This document shows, one piece after another, positions 1 through 11,702 of a DNA stretch of 51,300 nt; within the stretch, counting starts at the first letter, position 1; every line of letters starts with the position of its first letter. This DNA comes from Chara braunii (lineage: Eukaryota > Plantae > Charophyceae), in the NCBI GenBank assembly GCA_003427395.1, contig BFEA01000033.1, forward strand, positions 3,822,924 through 3,874,223. Reading direction: 5' to 3'. Below the pieces are notes generated by a model, which searched no databases, had not been told where the DNA came from, and saw only the letters and a list, made by a program, of their open reading frames with translations. The translations under genes were made by a program, and so were the position numbers.

Positions 1-37
1 TTTACTTCAGCCAACACTACTGTAATACGTATTAGTC

Positions 38-75
38 CTGTCTCTTATACACATCTAGATGTGTATAAGAGACAG
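38..75. other. Nextera mate-pair junction adapter (two Tn5 mosaic ends), assembly artefact
   Basis: Exact CTGTCTCTTATACACATCT+AGATGTGTATAAGAGACAG. Confidence 0.99.
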
Positions 76-268
76 GTGTTAGCTCTCAGTCTCATTGATT
101 TGGCTACCTTAGGGCTGCGTTCCCCGCCGTAGACAATTTTATTTTTCTGTGGCAAATACGTAGTGACGATCACTACGGCTGCTGGGCCGGGGGGCAGCAT
201 GAATACCTGTAAGTACCTGTAAGTTTGTGAGGGTCTATGCTTGCAGGGGTCCCCTCTATATAGCCTTA

Positions 269-393
269 GGGCCTAGCCACACCACTCTCGAAATGTGAAA
301 AAGACAAAAATGTGGCGGGTGCATCTGGACATGTTCTAGCGGGGAGTTCGTTATTTTTTTTTTGCACATTTGGAGAGTGGTGTGGCGATGCCC
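269..393. mobile_element. Tourist/PIF-Harbinger-like MITE (125 bp)
   Basis: Imperfect ~33-bp TIRs (GGGCCTAGCCACACCACTCTCGAAATGTG vs rc GGGCATCGCCACACCACTCTCCAAATGTG); TTA at 266-268 and 394-396. Confidence 0.75.
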
Positions 394-484
394 TTAGGAG
401 TAGTGGTAGGTAGGTAGTGAAAGGCAAACAAAGAATTCGAGAGAAGTATATAGGGCCTCGCTGCACTACTCTCGAAATGTGCAA

Positions 485-1368
485 AAACAGGCCAGAGCAG
501 CCATCCTGAAAGGTCTGAGAAAGGAATGATCGGGTATTCAATGACAGAGAGCGGTCTAACAAACAGGCCAGAGCGGCCATCCTAAAAGGTCTGAGACAGG
601 CTATTCAGGCGGACTGGCGTCGGAAGGTCCAGAATATTGATGGAAAGCTGCTCTGTTGGTTTAAGGGAATCTGGTGCATAAGGGGCACCTGGGCGAAGAT
701 CTCTGAAGAAAGGAAACTGGTCTTGGAGAATTGGTTGTGGACGGATAGGGTCTCAACCTAAGTGGAAGGTATTAGGAACTGTTTTGTGGGCGTTGTGCAG
801 TGAAAGAACCTGGGGGCTCGGTTCGTTTTTTTCGCAGGAGGAAGGCAGAGGGATAGATTGGGGGGGGAGTGCCAATGTTCTCTGTTGCTATCGGTTTAGA
901 TAGCTTTTTTGGTTCTTCTCCTTTATGGGAGCATGTTAGTTAGGACAGGTTAATGTAGTAGCTATTGGGAGTCGTAGGGATAGTTGATTGCTCCGTGGTT
1001 AGTTTAGGTTCTGTGAGTTGTCTTTTGGTACCGTGCTTTTAGGTTTGTGTGTTTTTTTCAGGTCTGAGACATCCTTTTTTTCTTTACAAGGGACTAGAAC
1101 TTCAGGACAGCGGTCGGGTTTTGGCCAATTCTGTTCCTAGAACAGGTTCTAAGTCCCCGTTGTTGTGTAGAGGTACCAAGGTTTAATTTCTTCAGTTTCT
1201 GTTTGAATTGGCGAGCCGGTGCTCGTAAGCTAAACTGGCTGATGCTGCCAGGATAACTCCGGTTTGAATTGTGGGGTCCCCGGCCTCAATATTTTCAGTT
1301 CTTTTAATGAAGGGTTCTTTTTCGGGGGGGAGAAAAAAAAGTGCAAAAAAAAAAAAAAAAAAAAAAAA
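485..1368 (+). mobile_element. 5'-truncated LINE (L1/Tx1-like): ORF2 C-terminus, 3' UTR, poly(A)
   Basis: 522-761 reads RNDRVFNDRERSNKQARAAILKGLRQAIQADWRRK...WFKGIW...*, resembling the 1662-2306 ORF tail; A-run ends at 1368. Confidence 0.6.
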
Positions 1369-1449
1369 NNNNNNNNNNNNNNNNNNNNNNNNNNNNNNNN
1401 NNNNNNNNNNNNNNNNNNNNNNNNNNNNNNNNNNNNNNNNNNNNNNNNN

Positions 1450-2180
1450 CCGGACCCATCTCCCACCGCAGCCTATGAAGCACGTAAGCAAGAAAGGTCA
1501 AACAAATCATAGAAAAGAATGATTCAAAATCTAGTTCTACTGCCATTAACTCTAGCAATCCTACGAACAAGGTCTACAACTGAAATCCCAACTCGAATCT
1601 ATACCTATCCTATTGTATCATACAATTAGGCAAATCAACTCAAAAAACAACACTCAAAATTTCACAAAAAGAAAGCAGAAAAAAGCAACCTTGGAAATTG
1701 TCCTGCAGGCGAATCCAATGTAAAAAGATCCGGAAATGCTCCCCATCTGCAACCAAACCATTTCAAGGCTTTGGCTGTGCAACCCTTCTTTTGTACTCGG
1801 TACTCCCAGTCTGCCAAGACAGCTTGCTTTATAACATACTTGATTTCTGCTCTCACCATCCGGGGTGTAAGATGTTCTCCCCTTCTCACAGCAGCATTAC
1901 GAAGATTCCACATTGTCCATACAATGGCAGCTCGAATAGTTTCTTCTGCATGGGCCAAATGATCAGGCGACAGGCGTCTTCTTGAAGCCACCCCCATCAG
2001 CACAAACTGATCATCCCACCGAGTAGCTGCCCCAGGGACAGGGACGTCAGACCGTCTCCACCACTCCCAAAATGTTCTCGATATTTCACAAAGCAATAAG
2101 AGGTGATGGATGTCCTCCATTCGTGTTCCCCGGCAAAGTCCGCATTCCGGAGTAGCCTTTACCGTTTTTCGTGCACACCA
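1450..2180 (-). mobile_element. 5'-truncated LINE ORF2 C-terminus with CCHC zinc finger
   Basis: CGLC-x7-HLLLLC knuckle followed by IVWTMWNLRN, typical of the L1/Tx1 ORF2 end; stop at 1662. Confidence 0.8.
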
Positions 2181-2423
2181 AGCAGACACGCCCATGATTT
2201 TTGTCTTTTGTGCATGTCGAGAGTAGTACAGCGAGCCCCATAGTGTAGTTCCAAAAAAAAAGAAAACACTCCGCGATTCGGTTTTACCATGCTTGCCACC
2301 TGGCATGTCCCACTGAAACGGATGGAGAATTACTGTCGATTGACAAACAAGACGACGGCCAGTTACGTCCCGAACAGTAGGTCCCTTACCTTAGGCATAC
2401 TACCGGTAGGACTTCTATACTTA

Positions 2424-2550
2424 GGGCCTACTCACACTACGAGCCATTATCTTAAGTGTATCTGACCTCATTTACGGCCGCAAATGGATGCATGTGGATG
2501 TAATTTCGTCCCGAAAAATAAGTAAAGTAAGTCCTAGTGTGAGTATGCCC
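2424..2550. mobile_element. Tourist/PIF-Harbinger-like MITE (127 bp)
   Basis: TIRs GGGCCTACTCACACTAC vs rc GGGCATACTCACACTAG; TTA at 2421-2423 and 2551-2553. Confidence 0.75.
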
Positions 2551-3127
2551 TTATTTGTGGGCGCAATGGCGGTCAGATACGTTCACGTACGGCCAGAGTG
2601 ACCCGCGATACCGGTAGTATGCATTCGTTATCAGGGTGCGTTGTGTTCGGGGGACGTCCGCGCTGTGAGTACGCCCTTAATTAATAAGGACAACCGGGAC
2701 CTGGCCGGGGGGGGATGCCCCGGGGCTAGGTCCCACTTACACGAATTAAGCGATATTGACCGTAGATAACAAAGATCAACGGCCAGAATCTCTTAGTCCG
2801 TGCAAGTGGGACCTTGCCCCCCGGTTACGCTGGCGTGAATGCAGTACCGGGGCCGGGGCTTGGCGGGGTCCCAACGGGTTCCGACCGTCTGTTGTCCACA
2901 GCAGACCTGGAAATGTCCCGGTACTTCGCACGCACGCAGGTCACGGCGGTGGGGTCCCATTCAGATGAGGTGGGGTCCCGTGGAGATGAGATACGTAAAT
3001 TAGCGGGGAATTAGCGCAACCTTGCAGGTTCGAGCTCGAGCGCGATTTGGCGGAAAGCGCGAAATTGTCGGTGCGGGCAAGCGCTCGGCACGCGATGTGT
3101 TTCCATTTCCACGTTCTTTTTCGAGTC

Positions 3128-3135
3128 ACACGTGG
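3128..3135 (+). promoter_or_regulatory. Candidate G-box/ABRE (ACACGTGG) upstream of LACS
   Basis: Motif match about 420 bp before the ATG; TSS unknown; short motifs occur by chance. Confidence 0.25.
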
Positions 3136-3546
3136 TCGTGGTTCATCGTCTGGAACGCGTCTGAAAGCCAGGCGGCTTGTCGCGTTCCCCTGCCGTCTCC
3201 GTCTGGCACGAGGTTGAGTTGTGTGTGCCCCGAGCGGGGAGAGCGGGGTTGGGGGCAGGGCAGATGACGACGTGATGTGATAAGGCCCTCGCGGACGGAA
3301 GCTTTAGTGATAGGACGCTACCGGTAGTAGGCTCTTCCTCAGCAGGGTGAAGGAAGCGAGAGCCGGCAAGTGCGAGAGCATTGTTGGGCAACACGAGTCG
3401 GAAGCGGAGTTGCCTTACGCGAGGAGCGCGTTGGAGAGGAAGGGAGGGGTGAAAAAAGGGAGGGTCGGACGAAGGGAGGGGTGACGAAAGGGAGGAGAAG
3501 GCAACACGTTGATTGGTTCTGCACGTCCCGAGGGGAAGCCACCACC

Positions 3547-3698
3547 ATGGCTATGGAGAATGCCAGCAAATGGATAGTGGAAGTGGAGCCGGCCAATACA
3601 GAAGCTTCTCCGGTCGCCGGACCTGTCTATCGCAGTGTGTTTGCCAAGGACGGATTCCCGTCATTGAAGGGTGTCGAGACCTGCTGGGATATCTTCAG
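3547..3698 (+). CDS. LACS: LACS exon 1 (MAMENASKW...TCWDIFR)
   Basis: GCCACCACCATGG start context; [14 protein letters not shown]; donor AG|GTGGGT at 3699. Confidence 0.93.
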
Positions 3699-6600
3699 GT
3701 GGGTCATTATATGAGCCCTTTTTTTCCTTTTTTTTTTTCTTTTCTTTAAAAGTAAGCTATATTTCGTCTCGCAATTTCACCTTTTAACTACCTTCCGAGC
3801 ACTAGTCGTAGGTAGTAGGGCTATACAGGGGAGCCCTGCAAGCATAGCTGCCTCTCAGAATTAAGGGGATGCATGTTGCCCCCCCCGCCCTAATCGGCGG
3901 TGGTGGCCAGTTAGCTTTGACGTTTCTCGTCGCAAATTTTCAGCGTTTTTTGAACCTGCTGGCGGGCGGGAACGCAGTAATCAGCCCTGACGATTTCGGT
4001 TTTAAAAAAGGCCGAAATTGCGGCCAGAAACATCAGACTTAAATGCCCAAAGGGATTATTACTATTATTTAACTTTAATAACAATCCGTTCAGACTGAGG
4101 GTATAGTCAGACTAGATCTTTCCTTGACGTATCTGACCGCAATTATGGCTAGACCAGCACGTACATGGCCGTAATTACGTCATGAGCTGATTCAGAAAGG
4201 TCCTCGTGCGAGTCTATACCCTGATTGCTTTGAGGGTATAGATCTTCTTTAATGTATCTGACCGCAATTACAGCCAGACCAAACCGTACATGGCCGTAAT
4301 CACGTCCAGAGATGATGCAGAAAGGTCCTCGTGCGAGTATATGCCCTGATTGCTTCGAGGAGTGTCTAATGCCTTTGCGTTTCTTCGACGGTCGTGTCCG
4401 ATTGATTACTGACGGAGGGGCTCGGTGCACCTCGGGAAAGGTTTAAAACGGTACATTTCGCCGTTCTGCGGACTTTTTTTTTTTTTTTTTCCTTGCTCTT
4501 TTTTGCTTTTTCCTATATTGTAATATGTAAAGCTAATCAGAGAAGGCGAGCACCTGTTTATCTATGTACCCTTGTTTGTGTCGTTGATTAGACCGGCCCT
4601 ACCTTGTTTCTCGGAAGAGCGACCTGTCTGTCTGCCCCTGCACTTCGCCGCCATAAGATTGATTTGCCTGATATCTGAACCCCGCAAATTTACGTATCTC
4701 ATCTCAATCCACTTCCCGTTCGCGAATCATCCCCTGGTCTTGCTTTGCTTTGCGTCAAGTCAATTACTCTTTTGCAAGCATGTCAATTCTCGACGGATGT
4801 GCTTATCATATCTATATCGGTTTGGTTGCTGTGGATATAGTTTCTGATCGGCTCTGCTCACGTTCTTTTTCCACGTTACACAGCTTTCCACGTCATCCAC
4901 CTACCGGTCGCCAGTCGTCGCGCAGCTGTGTAACGGCGACACTGGTCGTTCGTCTCATCTCATACTCTTCTCCTGATGAACCTGCTGCAAGAACTGTGGT
5001 TGGAGATCTGAGAGATCGGTTCTGCTGGCAGTCGTCGTCTACCGTACTACTGAATATACTGTAATAGTTTTGTCTAATGGTGTGCGATGCTCATATGGGC
5101 CTCGCTGCACTACTGTCCACATGCACAAAAGACAAAAAAGATGGCGGTGTATCTGTCCATTTTCTNNNNNNNNNNNNNNNNNNNNNNNNNNNNNNNNNNN
5201 NNNNNNNNNNNNNNNNNNNNNNNNNNNNNNNNNNNNNNNNNNNNNNNNNNNNNNNNNNNNNNNNNNNNNNNNNNNNNNNNNNNNNNNNNNNNNNNNNNNN
5301 NNNNNNNNNNNNNNNNNNNNNNNNNNNNNNNNNNNNNNNNNNNNNNNNNNNNNNNNNNNNNNNNNNNNNNNNNNNNNNNNNNNNNNNNNNNNNNNNNNNN
5401 NNNNNNNNNNNNNNNNNNNNNNNNNNNNNNNNNNNNNNNNNNNNNNNNNNNNNNNNNNNNNNNNNNNNNNNNNNNNNNNNNNNNNNNNNNNNNNNNNNNN
5501 NNNNNNNNNNNNNNNNNNNNNNNNNNNNNNNNNNNNNNNNNNNNNNNNNNNNNNNNNNNNNNNNNNNNNNNNNNNNNNNNNNNNNNNNNNNNNNNNNNNN
5601 NNNNNNNNNNNNNNNNNNNNNNNNNNNNNNNNNNNNNNNNNNNNNNNNNNNNNNNNNNNNNNNNNNNNNNNNNNNNNNNNNNNNNNNNNNNNNNNNNNNN
5701 NNNNNNNNNNNNNNNNNNNNNNNNNNNNNNNNNNNNNNNNNNNNNNNNNNNNNNNNNNNNNNNNNNNNNNNNNNNNNNNNNNNNNNNNNNNNNNNNNNNN
5801 NNNNNNNNNNNNNNNNNNNNNNNNNNNNNNNNNNNNNNNNNNNNNNNNNNNNNNNNNNNNNNNNNNNNNNNNNNNNNNNNNNNNNNNNNNNNNNNNNNNN
5901 NNNNNNNNNNNNNNNNNNNNNNNNNNNNNNNNNNNNNNNNNNNNNNNNNNNNNNNNNNNNNNNNNNNNNNNNNNNNNNNNNNNNNNNNNNNNNNNNNNNN
6001 NNNNNNNNNNNNNNNNNNNNNNNNNNNNNNNNNNNNNNNNNNNNNNNNNNNNNNNNNNNNNNNNNNNNNNNNNNNNNNNNNNNNNNNNNNNNNNNNNNNN
6101 NNNNNNNNNNNNNNNNNNNNNNNNNNTCTGACTGCATCTAGATTCGAGCTGTTTGGCATCCACAAGACCTTTTTTTTTCTTTTTCTTCTTTCTTTTAAAG
6201 TAAAGGGCGACGTTCTTGAGATATCATCATTGAACTGACCGGCCCTAGATTGTATGTTGTTTTTGTTAGTCTGACTGCATCTAGATTCGAACTCGTCTGG
6301 ATTCAGTTGGTCTACATTTCAACAGTTCAAGGGTTTACCAACTGAGCTAGGCCCGTCGGCATCCACGAGAGACTTCACTCTCACTTGTTTCAATAATGAC
6401 ATGGAATGGAAAGAAGGCGGCAAGACACACCGAGGGAAAAAGTACTCTACTCAACGCTTTTCACTTGTTCCATTAATGACATGGAATGGAAAGAAAGCGG
6501 CAAGACACACCGAGGGAAAAAGTTTTGTTCACTGATGTATGGCCATGAAAGCATGCAACGGGGCAATTGATCAGGGATAGACTATTTCGCTCCCACCGTT

Positions 6601-8510
6601 TCTCGCTTGTTTCATTAATGACATTGAAAGAGAGCGGCAAGACACACCGAGGGAAAAAGTACTCTACTCAACGCTTCTCGCTTGTTCCATTAATGACATG
6701 GTAAGAAAGCGGCGAGACACACCGAGGGAAATAGTTTTGTTCACTGATGGATGACCATGTGCTTATGCAACGGGGCAATTGATCAGGGATAGACTATTTC
6801 GCTCTCACCGCTTGACTATCTCGCTCTCACCGCTTGACGAGCGGACGCTCTCACCGCTTGACGAGCGGGATGTTGGGTAGATTACTACTACTCTTTTGGG
6901 CATTCAACTCAGGTTTTCCTGGCCGCAATTTCGGCGTCTTTTGAACCGAAATCGTCGGGACCTGCAGGCGGGAACCCGCCCGGTAAGCCCTGGCGATTTC
7001 GGTTCAAAGGACCGCGAAATTGCGGCCAGGAACCTCAAAGAGTTAAATGCCCGAAGGGATAATTGTTGCTTTCACACTGTGAAATACGAGCGCAGTGTAG
7101 CTGGACTGCCATCATGTGTTGTTCATGACCGTCTCTAGTAGTTAGCGAAAATCCCTGTTGTAGTAGCACCAACTCTCCTGTACAGCTTTGTGGAACCGAT
7201 TAGTACTTGCTTATCGTGAGTTTCGAAATTCAGTAATGCACCCGCCATGACGACGTGGCAACTCGTGCCGCCATGACGACTGGATGACGGTAGGAAATGT
7301 CATCGGAAAGCGGAAAACGCAGGCTGCTATCAGGCGAGCTGTAGCTTCTTTTTGTCTCCCGCAATCGCGCTGCGCGTGTCAAAAACTGGAAAGGAGTACA
7401 TGAGATAAATGCCGACAGGTAGTGCTTGCGTTCTCAACTCGAGTGCCTTCCGTCTTCTTCACCAGAATAGAACGCCCGGTCATTGTAGTTGCATTCGGCC
7501 TCCCCCACCAATAAGCGTTAATACGCAAGAGGTTTTGAACAGGGGGAGTCTTGTAAGGAAGAAGATAAAAAATGAATTTATTTCTTTTTTTCGCATTTGC
7601 GCTCTGATAAATTTGTGACGATATATAGATATATATTTAATATGATTTAGTGTGACAATATATAGTGTGACAATATATATGTAGGCTATAATATAGCTAT
7701 AATCAACGGGCGGGTGAAGATGGTAAAGTTGTGACCGGGCTTGTGCGTTTGCACCTTGCGTGTTACCGTCTTCAGCCGAATACGACGTACGGTCATTATC
7801 GATGCATCTGGTCTGAGAGTGGCCCAAATACAGCTATAATGACCTGGCGTTCTATTCGATGACGGTAAATATCGATGCATCTGGTCTGAAAGTTGCCCCA
7901 AATACGGTCATTATCTATGCGTTGACACCTTGCGCGCTATCGTCTCCACACCGTTCGACAATTGTGAAGAAGGGAAAATTATAGCGGTGCGCACATGTCC
8001 ACCTTCTAGCCGCAGGTACAGCCGCTGTCGTCACAGACCACTATATTTTGCTGAGCAGTGCAGCGATGCTGCCCTATGGCAGAATAGGGACGCAGCCACT
8101 CGTATATAGTTTTTACTGTTTTCGGGCAGGGCGGAAGCAGTTTAATGTGTAGTATAGCAGTAAAATGGCATCTTGCTATGCCCCGAGGCAGCCAGGATAT
8201 ATCGACCTCGTCGGCTCTGTAGGGGCCTAGATTGTGAAACATCTCCCGTGGATGTATGTGGTCCGTGAGCGATGTAAAGGTGGATGTTTGGGCGTCCGTG
8301 CACATAAGTTGATAGGCCAGGCAGATCAGGGATTAGGTCTAGGGTAGATGGTGGTGGATGGGTGGAGCGAGGCGAATATGATTTGATCCATGGCCGATGT
8401 GGTCGAATGCGCGCCGAGATGGATGCATACGGCCAATGTAGGTTTTTGTGGATGGGGGGGTTTAGGCAAGAGATGCTATTCCACGGTTCGTATGTGCGAG
8501 CGAGCGAGCG

Positions 8511-8577
<67 letters not shown>

Positions 8578-11554
8578 AACCCGGGGAAATGATGGGTGTT
8601 TGTGGATGATGGGTGTTTGTGGATGGACTGTCGTGGACTGCAATTGACACTTCTGCTGCCTTAGAGGAAATCATATTCCGTTCGTGTTGCTGGACTTGAA
8701 AAGGGTTTTTATCAGTCGCGAAGAATGCATCTGCTCGTCGAGCTTGCAGTCGTAATGCTTTGTATGGAGAACACGACTCGTCTATTTATCCACTGTCCTC
8801 ATCCTGAAAAAAAAAAAACGCGCTAGTTTAGGCTATCACACACGATGTAGCTTCTGATTCTTTCGCTTTCTGTCTCATTCTTCACCGGAATAGAACGTCC
8901 GGGCATTATAGTTGTATTCGGGCCAACTCTCAGTGTAGATGCAGCGATAATGACCGGGCGTTATTTGGGTGAAGACGGTAGTGTGTATCGTGGTCGACCC
9001 CTCCCCCCCCTCCCACTTCTCCCCCTTCTCCCCGTAACCTGATGCCGTTAAGGAGACCTGGTCTTGCCAGGAAGCGACATAAGCCGATTAGGCGGGGTCC
9101 ATTAACATGATGGGTGTGCCATGGAGCGGTGGGTGGTGTGGTGTGGTCTGCCCATGTCTGACGGCAATTAAGGGCGTATGCGAAGCGAACGCCTTCAAGG
9201 TCGTATTTTGCCCGTGAAGTCATGTACTGGTTTCTGTACTTCTCCCCCCCCCCCCCCCCTCCTTCCCCCCTTCTTATGAAAGGGCGACGGCCTTGAGATA
9301 TCATCAGTGGACTGACCCGCCCCGGGTAGTTCAGAATGATTTTATTTTTGCTATCAGATTGTATCTGGATTTGAACTTGGGTCTGGATTTCGACAGTTCA
9401 TGGGTGTGGCAACTGGGCTAGGCCCGTTGGTGTTTGTGAACTTCTTTTTTCATGTGTAGGTGGTTTCTGTGATCGACATAAGATCCAACTTGTTGAGTAC
9501 TATGGAGAATTAGTCAGTACAATGGCTATCTTCTCTACTATTTTTCTGGTTTTTACTTCAGTACTTCTGTTTTCATGTGTAGGTGGTTTCTGTGATCGAC
9601 ATAAGACCCAACTTGTTGAGTACTATGGAGATTTAGTCAGTACAATGGCTATCTTCTCTACTAGTTTTCTGGTTTTTACTTCAGCCAACACTACTGTAAT
9701 ACGTATTAGTCTTCTAAGCACCTGTAGCTTGATTGGTGAATGGTGCAAGTGGTGGTGGTGTGTTGAGTAGGTCATCGATCTCGTCGGCGACGATTTCAGG
9801 AGGGAGAGGTGAAGGGGGGGAATCCTCTGTCAGGCCGTGCCAATGAATGGATGAGGTCTGTCATCAGGTGAAGCGTGTACTGCGTAGGTGGTCGCACTTG
9901 CAATGTTTTTTTTTTTTTCCTTCTTTTTTTTGTGACTTGCATGTAGAAGAGTTGTGTAGTTGCCGCGGGTTGTGATACTGCGATCTTTCTTCCAAAGATT
10001 CTCGAGCCTCCTGATTTGACTCGCTGCCTGAACTTGCAGAGTAGTGTGTACGAGCCCCGTCTCCCTGAAGCTGCCCGGGTTGGTCAGGATCGTGCCAGGT
10101 TTTGGCGGCAAGTCAGTGAAGTTTTGGCTGCGAGCCAGCGAGGTGTTAGCGGCAAGTCAGTGAGGTTTTGGCGGCAAGTCAATGAGGTTTTGGCGGCGAG
10201 TCAGTGAAGTTTTGGCGGCAAGTCAGTTCAGTGAAGTTTTGGCGGCAAGTCAGTTCAGTGAAGTTTTGGCGGCAAGTCAGTGGAGTTTTGGTGTTAAGGC
10301 AGTGAAGTTTTGGCGGCAAGTCAGTGAAGTTTGGCGGCAAGTTCTGGTGTTAGGGCAGTGAAGTTTTGGCGGCAAGTCAGTGAAGTTTGGCGGCAAGTTC
10401 TGGTGTTACGGCAGTGAAGTTTTGGCGGCAAGTCAGTGAAGTTTGGCGGCAAGTTCTGGTGTTAAGGCAGTGAAGTTTTGGCGGCAAGTCAGTGAAGTTT
10501 GGCGGCAAATCAGCGAAGATCGGTTGACCAAGACTCCGACATGCCTGACCATATTCCCCCGAGGCGTTCTCCTATAACGCAGGAGAAAGTGGTCTAGCAG
10601 TGTATTCGTTGTGGTTGATCTCCGTTGTTGCTTATACCTATGTGTGAGCTATTTTCCCAGCTTTTTTTTTGGTGTTATTTCCCGTTTCTTTCGACTTGTC
10701 TAGGAGTTGTCGCGCGTTTCTTTTCTCTCGGTTCCATTTGGAAGCTGTTCGGTGGGGTGAAAAAAAAAACTGTGTTCTCTCAACGCGAAGTGGTATCCTG
10801 TTTTTTTTTCCTGACTGAAATCTGTAAATTGGACGAATTTTCATTTTCACGTGAGATGCTGTCCCATGATACGATAGCAGAGGGAACAGGGGTATGCTGT
10901 GATAGTTGAGCACTTCTTTACTCATGATACGATTTAAAGAAATCACGTTATCGTCGTCTCTCTTGCTCATTTAGTTCAGGAATGTATTGGCGTGTAGGGA
11001 CCTCAACCCTAATCCTGGTTTGCAGGAGTCTTTCAATGGTACATTTTTCGATCTGTTCATGGCTCTGGCGACTCTCATGCCGTGCCCGAGCTCTTGTACG
11101 ACTCTCATGCCGTGTCTGAGCTCTTGTACGAACGACCATTCGTCTGCGCGGTTTGTCTTTGTCCAATTGTCTCTCTTTGTAATCAGCCAGCCGTTCGCTG
11201 CCGGAACTGTACGGGCTAGGGCATGTGGCCATGAGAAGGATAATCAACTCCACAAATGTCGGTTAAAACTCGAAATCTTGTGTTCGTATATATACGAGTT
11301 AAGGAAAAAAGAGCGTTTGAAAAAGATTTTCTTGGTTGGAAATGAGCGGGAAACGTGCGGAGGTTCGAGTACACCGTGACTGCTGTGTGAGCGAATGCGG
11401 TGGTGCATCTAGGAGATCATATCTTAGTTGTCCGGAGATCGTGGACTTGCGGTTTTTTTGATTGATTGACTTGATGATTGAGTTTATTTTCTTGATTGAT
11501 TGAATTGATGATTGGATTGATAGAGTGATTGATAGAGTGATTGATAGATAGATA

Positions 11555-11596
<42 letters not shown>

Positions 11597-11668
11597 GTGT
11601 GAAGAGCAATACATGATTGGCATTGGGGTCGGTTGATGATTAGTGGTTGATTGATTGATTGATAGATA

Positions 11669-11702
<34 letters not shown>

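Larger units (their letters stand above)
453..2239. mobile_element. Tourist-like TIR pair enclosing two LINE fragments
   Basis: GGGCCTCGCTGCACTACTCTCGAAATGTGCAAAA at 453 and an inverted copy ending at 2239; ATA on both flanks; a related end at 5097-5165. Confidence 0.55.

Noticed and set aside
38-75. Tn5/IS50 ends as a real bacterial transposon or horizontal transfer
   Set aside because: Exact synthetic mosaic-end dimer of the Nextera mate-pair kit, recurring at gaps; no transposase
3370-3546. N-terminal extension of LACS from GTG 3370
   Set aside because: Non-ATG start and purine-rich UTR-like sequence; homology begins at ATG 3547 (ATG 3553 is an alternative)
5039-6238. 350-380-aa ORFs (also those at 26364-27311 and 43069-43664)
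   Set aside because: Run through N gaps
6284-6355. Functional tRNA gene
   Set aside because: A and B boxes present but I could not fold a cloverleaf; it continues into a shared body with degenerate dispersed copies, so called a SINE
10097-10515. CRISPR-like array
   Set aside because: Head-to-tail repeats without unique spacers, no cas genes, eukaryotic intron
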